Notes: generated from the sequence alone by a model not told the origin. 64,000 nt of DNA from an uncultured virus (IMG/VR IMGVR_UViG_3300048547_000618) (IMGVR_UViG_3300048547_000618), one strand, 5' to 3'. Positions 46,062 to 55,716 are shown, counted from the stretch's first letter. Made by a program: numbers and translations.

Positions 46062-46799
46062 ATGTTAGAAAATTGTGCAAAGATGGCAGAAGTAGCTGAG
46101 CTTGCATACTTAGACGGACCTGAGGCAAAACCTAAATATAAAAAATTAGGTTATGTAGCCCACAAGTTTGTTGAAGTAAACGGTGCACAATGCCACATCA
46201 TTTCAAACAAAGAAGAAATAACAATTGCATTTCGCGGTACCGAACCAAAAGAGTTTTCTGATATTAAGGCAGATTTAAACGCCTTTCCAGATAAACCAAA
46301 CAATGGACACGGATTAGTACATAACGGGTTTCAAGAAGAAGTAAACAAAGTATGGCCTGACATTGAAAAGGCTTTATCTAAAATGAAAACAGATGGAAAA
46401 CATTTGTTTATTTGCGGCCATTCTTTAGGAGCTGCAATGGCAACAATTGCAACAAGCCGACTCGGCGATAAAGTTACAGCTTTATATACATATGGGTCGC
46501 CAAGAGTAGGGACTAGAAAATTTGTTAAATCGTTTGCTCATATACCTCATTTCCGCCATGTTAACAATAACGACTTGGTCACTTGTGTTCCTTTTGCTGC
46601 AATGGGATATAGACACCATTCGCAACCGCGGTACATCAACTACTTCGGTAATATTAGAAAAATGAGTAGATGGCAAAGAACAAAAGATAAATGGCGTGGA
46701 AGATTACGTGCATTTAAAAAAGGAATGCCATTCGACGGGGCATACGATCACGGTATGAACCATTATTGTAAATACACGAAAGAAAATGAAAATGTCTGA
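46062..46799 (+). CDS. Class 3 lipase (alpha/beta hydrolase)
   Basis: IAFRGT, VHNGF, GHSLGAA, YTYGSPRVG and NNNDLVTCVP. Confidence 0.9.
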   Translation: MLENCAKMAEVAELAYLDGPEAKPKYKKLGYVAHKFVEVNGAQCHIISNKEEITIAFRGTEPKEFSDIKADLNAFPDKPNNGHGLVHNGFQEEVNKVWPDIEKALSKMKTDGKHLFICGHSLGAAMATIATSRLGDKVTALYTYGSPRVGTRKFVKSFAHIPHFRHVNNNDLVTCVPFAAMGYRHHSQPRYINYFGNIRKMSRWQRTKDKWRGRLRAFKKGMPFDGAYDHGMNHYCKYTKENENV

Positions 46800-47034
46800 T
46801 GAAATTGAAGTACCAAAAATATTACAAAAACCTGTACCATTAAAAGATGAAGATACACCAGAAGGAACTTTTGATTTAAGTTTTAGAATAATGAACAACG
46901 AAGTTATTGGATTTGCAATGCGAGTCGACGATTTCAAAGCAAAGTGGCTTATCCTTGGTCTTATAGCTATTGCAATACTAGGTTTTGTTGCAACAGCCTT
47001 TGGTCCAATGATAATGAGTACTTTCGGTGGCTAA
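46786..47034 (+). CDS. Small membrane protein
   Basis: C-terminal TM. Confidence 0.6.
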   Translation: MKMSDEIEVPKILQKPVPLKDEDTPEGTFDLSFRIMNNEVIGFAMRVDDFKAKWLILGLIAIAILGFVATAFGPMIMSTFGG

Positions 47035-47218
47035 ATTATTCGACAATTTTTTTCACAGTAAAGCAGCACATATAACTTATGCTATAAGTACAATACTTTT
47101 TATCTTGCATTTATTATTACATGCTGTACCGGTTGGTTTAGGTGGATGGGCTATATGGTCATATGTTGGTCATGGTCATACGCACGGAAACGGAACTCAT
47201 AATCATAAGGATAAATAA
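47027..47218 (+). CDS. Small membrane protein with His-rich tail
   Basis: TM segments then GHGHTHGNGTHNH; GTG start. Confidence 0.5.
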   Translation: MAKLFDNFFHSKAAHITYAISTILFILHLLLHAVPVGLGGWAIWSYVGHGHTHGNGTHNHKDK

Positions 47219-47533
47219 ATGGAAATGTTAACTAGAATGTTTGGCGATACGCTGTGGATATATACAGCTATCGGCGGATCAGTAATTGGCGCAGCATTTT
47301 TGGCATGGTTCAGAAATACACACGCAGCACTTTATCTGATGTCGAAGTTTGATGCATTTTTAGATTATTTAGTAGACCGCTTTGGTTGGGATTGGCTACA
47401 AGACGATCCTGAAGCTTGGCGTAAACGCTATCCTAAAGTCACAAAGAAAATTGATGATTTAGAATTGCGGCTGCGAACGCTAGAAGCTGGATCTAAAGCA
47501 AAAGTAATAAAACAGAAGGAGACCAAAAAATGA
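47219..47533 (+). CDS. Membrane protein
   Basis: N-terminal TM; abuts its neighbours. Confidence 0.65.
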   Translation: MEMLTRMFGDTLWIYTAIGGSVIGAAFLAWFRNTHAALYLMSKFDAFLDYLVDRFGWDWLQDDPEAWRKRYPKVTKKIDDLELRLRTLEAGSKAKVIKQKETKK

Positions 47534-47688
47534 ATTGGTTAAAATCAAAACTTACAGAGCGTTCAAGTATGGACGGAATTTTAATGGTTGCCGCTGGTGC
47601 TGCCATTATTGTATTCAGCCCGCTAACTCAAATGATTGCTTATGCAGCAATTGCTTGGGGAGCATGGACAATCTGGCGTAAAGAATAA
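47530..47688 (+). CDS. Small two-TM holin-like protein (52 aa, not in ORF track)
   Basis: MNWLKSKLTERSSMDGILMVAAGAAIIVFSPLTQMIAYAAIAWGAWTIWRKE; RBS AAGGAG. Confidence 0.6.
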   Translation: MNWLKSKLTERSSMDGILMVAAGAAIIVFSPLTQMIAYAAIAWGAWTIWRKE

Positions 47689-47691
47689 ACC

Positions 47692-48267
47692 ATGGCACAC
47701 TGGACTTTTGAAGACCATAAAAAATGGTATCCTAATAACTTTGACGATGGCATGATAAGGTCCTTTGTAGATAAATTTAAACCAACTTCGGTTTTTGAGT
47801 TTGGTTGCGGAATTGGGCATTATTGTAATTACATGTCCAATTCCGATATTCCAATCGTTCATGGCGTAGAACCTGCCCCGATGGATCCTAATATGTTTCA
47901 AAATGAAGGTTGTGAAAATATTGTTTGGGATATAACTAAAGATCCTGAACCATCACCAATATTACCAACTTATGACGCAATTGTGTCTATTGAAGTTATG
48001 GAACATATTGACAAAAAATTCCATGCTGAAATATTTGACTATCTTGTTTCTAAAAATCCACGCGTCGTTTTGTTTTCAGCCGCAAGGCCTGGGCAAGGCG
48101 GCAATGGTCATATTGCTGAAAGGCACGAAAGAGAATGGATTGATGAGTGGGAAAGGCGTGGATACCGCAGAGACAAGATAAGTTCTGATATACAAAAGAA
48201 AGCATGCAATAAAAGAAACATTAATCACGTTAGAAATTGCAATATATTTTTTAGGAATGACGATTAA
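47692..48267 (+). CDS. Class I SAM-dependent methyltransferase
   Basis: VFEFGCGIG, SIEVMEHI and FSAARPGQGG.GH. Confidence 0.85.
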   Translation: MAHWTFEDHKKWYPNNFDDGMIRSFVDKFKPTSVFEFGCGIGHYCNYMSNSDIPIVHGVEPAPMDPNMFQNEGCENIVWDITKDPEPSPILPTYDAIVSIEVMEHIDKKFHAEIFDYLVSKNPRVVLFSAARPGQGGNGHIAERHEREWIDEWERRGYRRDKISSDIQKKACNKRNINHVRNCNIFFRNDD

Positions 48268-48505
48268 TCATTTCAGTTATTAAACGCGGCGGAATTGTAC
48301 CTTGAACTCTATCAATTTCAACACCATCCTTTAATAGTATAAAACACGGTAATGTTTTAACACCATAGCTACCTGCTAAACCAACGTTTCCCATTATGTC
48401 TACCTTTTCAATAGGTACACCAAAATCTTTACCTGCTATTTGCTTATCTAACAGTTTTGCTGAGTTCGAGTAATTAGCTATGAACTGGATTATTTTTAAG
48501 GACAT
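48251..48505 (-). CDS. Thioredoxin-fold protein lacking CxxC
   Basis: F.ANYSNSAK in place of WCxxCK; YGVKTLP and DGVEIDR retained. Confidence 0.65.
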   Translation of the reverse strand: MSLKIIQFIANYSNSAKLLDKQIAGKDFGVPIEKVDIMGNVGLAGSYGVKTLPCFILLKDGVEIDRVQGTIPPRLITEMINRHS

Positions 48506-48582
48506 ATTCTTTCAAATCCCTTTTACGCATTCGTTTTAATTTGAGAGTTTCTTTCTTAAACCGCTGCAGTTTTAAAAACTCT

Positions 48583-49305
48583 TTATGATTGTGTTTGTAA
48601 ATTATTGGTTGCGACATCTTTAAACTTTTCTGTTGACCATATATTTAACCAATTGTGAGGGGAGAACTTTAGCTGTCCAATATATTCGTATCCCCATTCT
48701 TTAAGAACATCACCAGCTTTATCATAATAGTCTTCCATAATTACAATAGGTTCATTTTGCATTATTGTATTCTTTGCTCCTTTGATTGCAGGAGGCTCAT
48801 GGTTTTCTAAATCCAAATGCATAATTGATAATTCTTTAATAGCCAAATCATCAATTGCGATCGTATTAACTAATTGTGTTTTCTTATTGTCATCTTCTGT
48901 AATTTGTGATGCGCCACCCATGTGGCCATTGTCAAATGTTTGCATATACGCGTAACCAGTTTCAAGACTCATAGCTGCATTAAATAACATAACATTAGTC
49001 AAATTGTTTTCTTGAACGCAACGTCTCGTAAGAACGTAGTTTTCTAATACCGGCTCAAAGGCATATAATGTACCTTCGCAATGTACAGAAAAATTTGGAA
49101 CCATATCACCAAAGAACGTACCACCATGGATCATAGACATTTTAGTATCTTTTAATACTCCAACAACAAACTCGTGTGTCCTTGCTTCATAACGATATCC
49201 ATTTATCATTACTTCTGCCGCAGGGCGTCGTAACGCGTATGAAGGAATAAAATACGTATGACCTTCCAAGGTAACTTCTTTATGATTGATTTGATAATTA
49301 CCCAT
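48583..49305 (-). CDS. FkbM-family methyltransferase
   Basis: HGGTFFG, YAFEP, IDDL and HLDLENHE..AIKGA. Confidence 0.8.
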   Translation of the reverse strand: MGNYQINHKEVTLEGHTYFIPSYALRRPAAEVMINGYRYEARTHEFVVGVLKDTKMSMIHGGTFFGDMVPNFSVHCEGTLYAFEPVLENYVLTRRCVQENNLTNVMLFNAAMSLETGYAYMQTFDNGHMGGASQITEDDNKKTQLVNTIAIDDLAIKELSIMHLDLENHEPPAIKGAKNTIMQNEPIVIMEDYYDKAGDVLKEWGYEYIGQLKFSPHNWLNIWSTEKFKDVATNNLQTQS

Positions 49306-49522
49306 CTAATTCTCCAAACTCTTTTATTATATCGTTAACAAACATAACTGCCATATTAACCGTTTCTTGATTAACGTCTTTTATTTCACGAGCATATATA
49401 CCTTTAACTATTTCGTCTTCAATTTTTTCTACATTAGCTTTACCATTTACTAAAGGCTGATGAAAACCGTTCATCATGATATCAATTGCTAACTCTGTAG
49501 CTATTTCAGCTTGCTTATCCAT
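49298..49522 (-). CDS. Hypothetical protein
   Basis: RBS AAGGAG and promoter upstream. Confidence 0.65.
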   Translation of the reverse strand: MDKQAEIATELAIDIMMNGFHQPLVNGKANVEKIEDEIVKGIYAREIKDVNQETVNMAVMFVNDIIKEFGELDG

Positions 49523-49546
49523 ATCTATTCTCCTTTAGATATATTT

Positions 49547-49575
49547 AATTTATACTGATTCTTTTAGAATGTCAA
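49547..49575 (-). promoter_or_regulatory. Promoter with GANTC in the spacer (1 nt shorter variant)
   Basis: TTGACA-ttctaaaaGAATCag-TATAAATT. Confidence 0.7.
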
Positions 49576-50276
49576 CCAAATGTTTTCCAATTTTCAGGAG
49601 ATGATAAAGTTCTCATATAAACTTTTGCTTCTGGTTTTTTTGTAATGATCATATCACCTGCAACACAAAACCGGCTTTCAAGTAAATCCTCTTTAGTTTT
49701 AAACGAATTTATAACTGTACTTTCATGTTTTTCTTTTGTGATATCATGGTTCATATTGCTTGGAAAAATAAGCATAGAACCTTGACCTACTGGTATAGAA
49801 AAATTAGTACAATTCATTTCAGTCCATTTATCAACATAATGAAAAAACCAACTTGTGTTTATTTCGTTTGAATGGCAAGATTTAGTATCATATAATATAA
49901 TACTTCTTTCTTTTCCTGGTTTTATATATGGATAATAAGTAAATGATATATGGTTTTCTTCGTGGTTGTGTTTATTGATTCCGTTATCGTCAACAACGTT
50001 AAAGAAAGTTTTAGTTATATGGACGTTAAACTTGTTTGAGTCAACACTTAACGTTTTGAAATATTCACGTACACTCGGCATTACTTTATGCTTAAAGAAA
50101 CCTTCTAGGCTTGGCTCTAATTGGATTTGTTCATATCCTAAAAGGTCATGAGTTCTCCCATCTTCATTAGAATGTTTTAAATACAAATCAAACCAAAGAT
50201 CTTGTTCTTCTTTGCTAACCTCATGTTGTGCGTGAGTTACATTCGTTGGAAACAAGGCAATATTTTGTATTTTCAT
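49572..50276 (-). CDS. 2OG-Fe(II) oxygenase-like protein (TIGR02466 type)
   Basis: LFPT, HNHEENHISFTYY and IFPSNMNH. Confidence 0.7.
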   Translation of the reverse strand: MKIQNIALFPTNVTHAQHEVSKEEQDLWFDLYLKHSNEDGRTHDLLGYEQIQLEPSLEGFFKHKVMPSVREYFKTLSVDSNKFNVHITKTFFNVVDDNGINKHNHEENHISFTYYPYIKPGKERSIILYDTKSCHSNEINTSWFFHYVDKWTEMNCTNFSIPVGQGSMLIFPSNMNHDITKEKHESTVINSFKTKEDLLESRFCVAGDMIITKKPEAKVYMRTLSSPENWKTFG

Positions 50277-51136
50277 GGATTATTCATTTCTAAAGTAAAT
50301 TGGTCTAAACACATATCTTCTAATGTTTTAGTTAATTTGCATAATGTTGACGGAGTCGCGACTGCGGCAGCTTGATCGCCCAATCTCCTGCCAACGATTT
50401 CACGGTTCATACTAACGCCTGTAACTCTTTCCATTGTATCAAGTACTTCATGTACAGTCCAACCGCTTTGAGAACCTAAACACTCGTATGGAGTATTGCT
50501 AGGACCAGCTTCAACCGCATTAATTATAGAACGGCTAAGATCACTAACGTGTATATAATCGCGAATGCAAGTACCGTCCCTAGTATCATAATCGTTACCA
50601 AAGACCTTAATATTGGGAATTTTGCCAGCAGCCACCATAGCAGCAACACGGATAAGATGGGAAGCCACACCAAGTTGGCGGTTAACACCATCAGTACCGC
50701 TGACGTTAAAAAAGCGAAAAATAGTATACCCATCTGCTTTCTCCTTAATTACATCTTCTGCTCCTACCTTACTTCTTGCGTATGGAGAAGCCATTTCAAA
50801 CGCAGAACTTGTACTTGCAAATATAAAATTTTCTGTTCTGAGCTTTTCAACAGCATTTTTTGTACCCATTATGTTAGTACGATAATACGCTGATGGTTCT
50901 TTTAGTGATTGAGGAACAACGCTACGGCCTGCTAGGTGAACTACTGCGTCTCCCCAACCCATAAGCCAATGATCCATAAGGTCTTGTACCCAAAACTTAT
51001 CGCAATACTTTTCAACGTTGTTATATTCGCCGTGTATGTTCAAATCAAAGCCGTGCACTTCATGACCGTGTTCTTTTAATTGTTTGCAAACATGACTACC
51101 AATATAACCTGTTGCACCTGTTACTAATACTTTCAT
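50273..51136 (-). CDS. galE: UDP-glucose 4-epimerase
   Basis: TGATGYIGSH, YARSK, RFFNV and DGTCIRDYIHV. Confidence 0.88.
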   Translation of the reverse strand: MKVLVTGATGYIGSHVCKQLKEHGHEVHGFDLNIHGEYNNVEKYCDKFWVQDLMDHWLMGWGDAVVHLAGRSVVPQSLKEPSAYYRTNIMGTKNAVEKLRTENFIFASTSSAFEMASPYARSKVGAEDVIKEKADGYTIFRFFNVSGTDGVNRQLGVASHLIRVAAMVAAGKIPNIKVFGNDYDTRDGTCIRDYIHVSDLSRSIINAVEAGPSNTPYECLGSQSGWTVHEVLDTMERVTGVSMNREIVGRRLGDQAAAVATPSTLCKLTKTLEDMCLDQFTLEMNNP

Positions 51137-51666
51137 AGTATTAACCTTCTAACTGCTACAACACGGTCAGCTCTAAATAATTGAATTGACACTGAGTTAT
51201 CTTGATTACCGCCAAGAATTTGATAATAAACATCTCCGCCTATAATCTTAAGGTCAAGATAAAAACCGACATGACCTTCCCAAGGCTCTCCTCGCTTTAA
51301 GACAACAATGTCTCCGTGTTCTGGAGTATTAACTTTATATCCCAAATCCATAAAGCTTCTTGCCATATATGGATTTTCTGATACTGTTTCGGAACCAGGG
51401 ATATCAGAATCACGAAGCACAGCATTAACATACGCTGCGCACCATTCTGTGTTGACAGGATCTACTTTTAGAAAGTTTCTCAAATCAGAGCGATGCTCTG
51501 TTTCTGAATATCCTATGTATTCAGCACCTAATTTTATATAATCAGGGTGTGATAAATCGTGTTCTTCAGAAAGTATTGAACAGCCTGCAAGACTACCTAT
51601 CAATATGCATGACTTGGGAAAATGTTTGAGGTGGTGGACAACACCACTCATAAGTAAATAATTCAT
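51133..51666 (-). CDS. NlpC/P60-CHAP-like peptidoglycan hydrolase (TIGR02594 type); start uncertain
   Basis: WCAAYVN, ARSF, GHVGFY and LGGNQ; possible lipobox LAGC. Confidence 0.8.
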   Translation of the reverse strand: MNYLLMSGVVHHLKHFPKSCILIGSLAGCSILSEEHDLSHPDYIKLGAEYIGYSETEHRSDLRNFLKVDPVNTEWCAAYVNAVLRDSDIPGSETVSENPYMARSFMDLGYKVNTPEHGDIVVLKRGEPWEGHVGFYLDLKIIGGDVYYQILGGNQDNSVSIQLFRADRVVAVRRLIL

Positions 51667-52405
51667 TAAGGTTACCAGTTCCTCCTTTGGTTTCCCACCA
51701 CTGTTTAACATATCCATATGCGTGATTAGCAACATCTTTTAAATGTTGTGAATTTGGATCGTGAACTGTTGATGGAAATTTTGGTACGTTATGATTAAAT
51801 AACGGGTGAATATAGAAAGTGCCTAATCCATATACAACATTTTCTATAGTAGGTTTATACTTTTTACTATCTTCACTCTTTAATACATACGGCATTTTAA
51901 AATGTATTGTGTTATCATTTACAAAATAATAGTCTATAATTTTTTTAGCATAATGGCGCTTAATTACATAGCATTGAAGTCCATGATCGTGGCCGTTGCG
52001 GTGGCGTGGATACATAACAGCCCAGCCTTCGTGCATGCAGCAAAGTTGGAGACCATCCCACAATACGCCAAACTCCTTAACATAATCCTCATAAACAAAG
52101 TTCCAATGTTGAATAGTGCTAAAGTCACAGTCGTCTTCAAAGAATGCGGCTTGTTCATCATCAGTATTTTCATACCACCACTTAATGGTCAGGAGATGAG
52201 AAGTAGTAGCACCTAATGGTAGTATGTCCAAGGTGTCACGGTCGCCAGCAATCTTTAAATCGCTGTCTTCAAGTCTTTTGTATTGTAGGACGGTTCCATC
52301 TAAACCGAGTCTATTAAACTCGGAATTCATATAGTCTCTACGTTCAACACTTTCTTCAAGGTTAACAACGTAGCACTTTGGAAATCCTTTTAGTTTTGGC
52401 TCCAT
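51593..52405 (-). CDS. Glycosyltransferase family 25-like
   Basis: YVVNL..S.ERR, SHL and FEDD. Confidence 0.8.
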   Translation of the reverse strand: MEPKLKGFPKCYVVNLEESVERRDYMNSEFNRLGLDGTVLQYKRLEDSDLKIAGDRDTLDILPLGATTSHLLTIKWWYENTDDEQAAFFEDDCDFSTIQHWNFVYEDYVKEFGVLWDGLQLCCMHEGWAVMYPRHRNGHDHGLQCYVIKRHYAKKIIDYYFVNDNTIHFKMPYVLKSEDSKKYKPTIENVVYGLGTFYIHPLFNHNVPKFPSTVHDPNSQHLKDVANHAYGYVKQWWETKGGTGNLNELFTYEWCCPPPQTFSQVMHIDR

Positions 52406-52608
52406 TAGAAATAATTAGTTAGCATGTCCAATTGGTCTTCATACTTAGCCATTTCTTCAAGCTGCTTTTCAATTTCTTCCATAACTTCTGAATGCTCGCC
52501 AACTCCTACTGGGTTCCGCAAATAAATTTCTGCATTCATACGATGTTTTTCGATATGAGCGCGCGCGTGGTCTTTTAGAGCTGCTATCATTTGATCTCGT
52601 AATTCCAT
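52405..52608 (-). CDS. Hypothetical protein
   Basis: NPVGVGEHS; start MELRDQ after AGGAG. Confidence 0.7.
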   Translation of the reverse strand: MELRDQMIAALKDHARAHIEKHRMNAEIYLRNPVGVGEHSEVMEEIEKQLEEMAKYEDQLDMLTNYF

Positions 52609-52618
52609 TTTCTTTCTC

Positions 52619-52909
52619 CTATACAATTAGATTTGTTTTTGGCGTTACAAGTCCACTTGTCATTTGACGATACGCATCTTGTACTTGTTCGTTTGTTTCC
52701 ATAATACATGAAATATTATAGAGAGTAACTTCTTTTGGATTTGCGTGGCCTGTCATAGAAATACCATTTGCAAATCCCATTCCTTGGTCACTAATAGACA
52801 CAAACCTAGGATCTTTAAGTTCCACCTTATCGTTATCTTGTGATACTAATTTTCCAACATATTCACCGTTGGTTGTTAGTACTGTAACAATATCATTTGT
52901 TTTATACAT
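52619..52909 (-). CDS. Hypothetical protein (Sm-like fold possible)
   Basis: IVTVLTTNGEYVGKL pattern. Confidence 0.6.
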   Translation of the reverse strand: MYKTNDIVTVLTTNGEYVGKLVSQDNDKVELKDPRFVSISDQGMGFANGISMTGHANPKEVTLYNISCIMETNEQVQDAYRQMTSGLVTPKTNLIV

Positions 52910-53097
52910 TATATTGATCTTTCATTTAAATTAATACATAAAGCCTGTTGCCCTAGTTTGAAATAACCTCCACCCTTTCCTACATCATCACTAAGAGCTT
53001 CACGGGCGTAAAAACATTCTGTCATCGTAGAATGAGTTGTTACCAATTCGGCATAAGGTATAGTATCGTAAAAGTATATAAAGACAAGGGCCCACAT
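52909..53097 (-). CDS. Hypothetical protein
   Basis: Coupled ORF. Confidence 0.55.
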   Translation of the reverse strand: MWALVFIYFYDTIPYAELVTTHSTMTECFYAREALSDDVGKGGGYFKLGQQALCINLNERSI

Positions 53098-53115
53098 TTA
53101 ATCATTCTTTCTATT

Positions 53116-53200
53116 TGGTACTCGCAACCGGACTCGAACCGGTACGCCCTAAGGCAAAAGATTTTAAGTCTTCATTGTCTACCAATTCCAACATGCGAGT
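53116..53200 (-). tRNA. tRNA-Leu(TAA)
   Basis: Acceptor ACTCGCA/TGCGAGT, anticodon loop CT-TAA-AA, long variable arm, GGTTCGAGTCC, CCA. Confidence 0.92.
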
Positions 53201-53202
53201 AT

Positions 53203-53280
53203 TGGTGATCTCTGTAGGACTCGAACCTACGACCTAGTGCTTAGAAGGCACTTGCTCTAATCCGGCTGAGCTAAGAGACC
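53203..53280 (-). tRNA. tRNA-Arg(TCT)
   Basis: AGTGC-CT-TCT-AA-GCACT anticodon arm, GGTTCGAGTCC, CCA. Confidence 0.93.
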
Positions 53281-53282
53281 TA

Positions 53283-53753
53283 TCACTTTGTTACATCAAT
53301 AAATTGTAGCTCGTATGTTCTACCATTTTGTTTGAAGGTGACAACTGAATAGTCATAAACACGACGCGTTTTATCGCGGTATCTTGTTACCTTATCGCAC
53401 TTACGTTCTTGCCTGTAACCGGTGATGACTCGCTTAGTACTATTTTGCGCTTCATTTGCGCCAATAATACCGCCAAGGACAGCTCCTGCAGCTGCGCCTC
53501 CGTCATCACCGGTCAGGCCTTTGCCGAGGATGCCACCGAGGATCATACCGCCTAAAGCGCCAGCACCAGCGTCACCGCCTTGCTGTCTGCCATAAATCGG
53601 GGTCTCTACAGTATAACATTCCTTGACAGAGTAAGGTTCAGAAATAACTTGAGTTGCGTAATAATCTTGTACACCAACCATTTTTGTTTTTGCGTCTGCG
53701 GTTGCAGTTGTTGCAGCCAACAATAGGCTTGCTGTAATAATGAACTTAGACAT
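53283..53753 (-). CDS. Exported glycine-zipper 2TM protein
   Basis: Signal peptide; GALGGMILGGILG...AGAVLGGIIG. Confidence 0.75.
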   Translation of the reverse strand: MSKFIITASLLLAATTATADAKTKMVGVQDYYATQVISEPYSVKECYTVETPIYGRQQGGDAGAGALGGMILGGILGKGLTGDDGGAAAGAVLGGIIGANEAQNSTKRVITGYRQERKCDKVTRYRDKTRRVYDYSVVTFKQNGRTYELQFIDVTK

Positions 53754-53857
53754 TGTTATATCCTTTATGGTTGTCTATTGCGTTTTGAAAGATTTTGTAG
53801 GGTAAATAACAAACCCAGCCGTATACACACCAAAAAACAATGTTAGGAAGAATTATT

Positions 53858-54097
53858 TCAATCAACATATTCACTACTAAAATCCCATTCATCAAACGGC
53901 TCTGACGAACCATCACACTCAAAGCTGATATCTATATCTGAATTGTACTCAGACAGATATTTATTCATCGCGATCTGGCGTGACATGTCTTGTATTTCTT
54001 CACGCTCTTGCGCATCAAAAGTGTCAAACATCCAATCAATAACTTTAAATTCTTTAAACTCTTCTTCGAGATCTAAATCTTTACCAAACTTAAACAT
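53858..54097 (-). CDS. Acidic hypothetical protein
   Basis: Coupled ORF. Confidence 0.6.
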   Translation of the reverse strand: MFKFGKDLDLEEEFKEFKVIDWMFDTFDAQEREEIQDMSRQIAMNKYLSEYNSDIDISFECDGSSEPFDEWDFSSEYVD

Positions 54098-54321
54098 TAT
54101 TTCATAACCTTTTTAGCATATTTAATAGTTAAGAGCTGAGCGTCGTTTAAACCTTTAGTTGAAGCTGTCTCTGCAAGATGCTCTCCTACATCTGAAAACG
54201 CGTTTAGAATTGCCAAAGGCACATTCATATTTTCTCCGCTTTCTGAAAACCACATCATTTTACGGCCAAAGTTAGCAATTACACGTTGCTGAGGAGTTTG
54301 TTCAAAAAATGTAATGTTCAT
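54097..54321 (-). CDS. Early hypothetical protein
   Basis: RBS AAGGA and promoter upstream. Confidence 0.65.
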   Translation of the reverse strand: MNITFFEQTPQQRVIANFGRKMMWFSESGENMNVPLAILNAFSDVGEHLAETASTKGLNDAQLLTIKYAKKVMK

Positions 54322-54351
54322 GGTGATTCCTTTTTTCCATTTGATATATAT

Positions 54352-54380
54352 AATCTATCTGATTCTATCAAGAATGTCAA
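54352..54380 (-). promoter_or_regulatory. Early promoter with GANTC in the spacer
   Basis: TTGACA-ttcttgataGAATCaga-TAGATT. Confidence 0.8.
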
Positions 54381-54741
54381 CAAATTTTTTCACAAAAACC
54401 AAACTTTTTTCTCTTGCTTCCTTTTCCCACCAACGATCTTCGTATTTTGGTTTGTTGCTGTCGAGTAATTTACCGAGATTATTTTCCATGTATTGTTTGA
54501 TGTGAACTATTTCATGTGCAACAGTAGTATATATTTCAGTAAGAGTACGATCTTTAACTGCAGTCATTATTATATAGCTTTGTTCGTCAAGATCTATACA
54601 CATTCCTGTTCTGTCTTTACCTGCTAAATACGCAGCGCCAACAACTTCAATGCTATGAGGTTTTATATTAAGCTCTTTACAACAAAAATTAACAAAGTCT
54701 TTTGTTAAAGAATCATCTAAATTATCTACTTTAATATTCAT
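54355..54741 (-). CDS. HExxH zinc metallopeptidase-like protein
   Basis: AHEIVHIKQY...WEKEA. Confidence 0.7.
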   Translation of the reverse strand: MNIKVDNLDDSLTKDFVNFCCKELNIKPHSIEVVGAAYLAGKDRTGMCIDLDEQSYIIMTAVKDRTLTEIYTTVAHEIVHIKQYMENNLGKLLDSNKPKYEDRWWEKEAREKSLVFVKKFVDILDRIR

Positions 54742-55225
54742 CTTCCCAAATTTCTTCACTTTCATCAAAGTTCATTTGTAGTTCTTCTTCAAGATTAAAG
54801 TGTTCTACAAGATCTTTAGGAATCGAGTCTAACGAATTAATATCGTTTGAATCATATTCAAAATATTCATTTTTGCCATCAGCAAATATTCCAATGAATT
54901 CCATACCTGATTCGTAATATCTAAGCTCAGCAACACATTCTGGGTTATTATTCAAAAAGGTTTTAAATGCTTCTACAGGAGGACTCCATGCGCTGTCCAC
55001 AGTACCTGAAATTGAGCCTTCTTCTTTCTCAAATTCAATTTCAAGATTTTCAGGATCTACATCCCACTTGGTACCCCACTTATCAACTGCATTACTATAA
55101 TCCCATTCTCCTTGAGGTGACATAACTTCTAAAAGACCACCTGTATCCATTATTTTATTATACAGATCAGTAATCTTTTCTTTAGGTCCACTAATAAGAA
55201 CATCGTTCATACACCAGTTAGGCAT
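54731..55225 (-). CDS. DUF1281/Api92-like protein
   Basis: MPNWCMN, WGTKWDV, SAWSPP and YYESG. Confidence 0.7.
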   Translation of the reverse strand: MPNWCMNDVLISGPKEKITDLYNKIMDTGGLLEVMSPQGEWDYSNAVDKWGTKWDVDPENLEIEFEKEEGSISGTVDSAWSPPVEAFKTFLNNNPECVAELRYYESGMEFIGIFADGKNEYFEYDSNDINSLDSIPKDLVEHFNLEEELQMNFDESEEIWEDEY

Positions 55226-55313
55226 TTATTTCTCCTTTAAAAAAATGTTTCGTATACAGCTGTAACAGCTACCAATGTAATAAAGAAAACACTGCATCCA
55301 ATAAAAGCTCCCA

Positions 55314-55520
55314 TCACGCAGCCTCCTTATAATATTCATCAAAAGTTCCATGCAGCCGTAGCTTTACGTTACGAATATGACTACACGCTTTACGTGGTTT
55401 CTTTTTGCATGAGCAACTAAAACCTTCGTTATGCATTTTTACTGTACCTTTAGCATATTGCCATTCTGTACCAACAGCCCAATGGTTTTTAGTGTTTACC
55501 AATGAAGTAGAAAATATCAT
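55314..55520 (-). CDS. SWIM-type zinc-finger protein
   Basis: FSCSC...CSHI. Confidence 0.65.
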   Translation of the reverse strand: MIFSTSLVNTKNHWAVGTEWQYAKGTVKMHNEGFSCSCKKKPRKACSHIRNVKLRLHGTFDEYYKEAA

Positions 55521-55690
55521 ACTGCTTGAGCCTCAACAATTTGAGCCATTTCAAGACGCTCGGCGCGATCTTCATAATCTTCAGCAATCATAATAATTTC
55601 TTCGAGGAGTTCCTGCCGCGATTTACCAAAGTTATCAGCGCGGCGAGATAAACTACGAAGACGTTCGGCAATTACAATAAGTTCAATCAT
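55517..55690 (-). CDS. Small early hypothetical protein (57 aa, not in ORF track)
   Basis: MIELIVIAERLRSLSRRADNFGK...; RBS AAGGA and promoter upstream. Confidence 0.6.
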   Translation of the reverse strand: MIELIVIAERLRSLSRRADNFGKSRQELLEEIIMIAEDYEDRAERLEMAQIVEAQAV

Positions 55691-55716
55691 GTATAGTTCC
55701 TTCCATTTATAGAACT

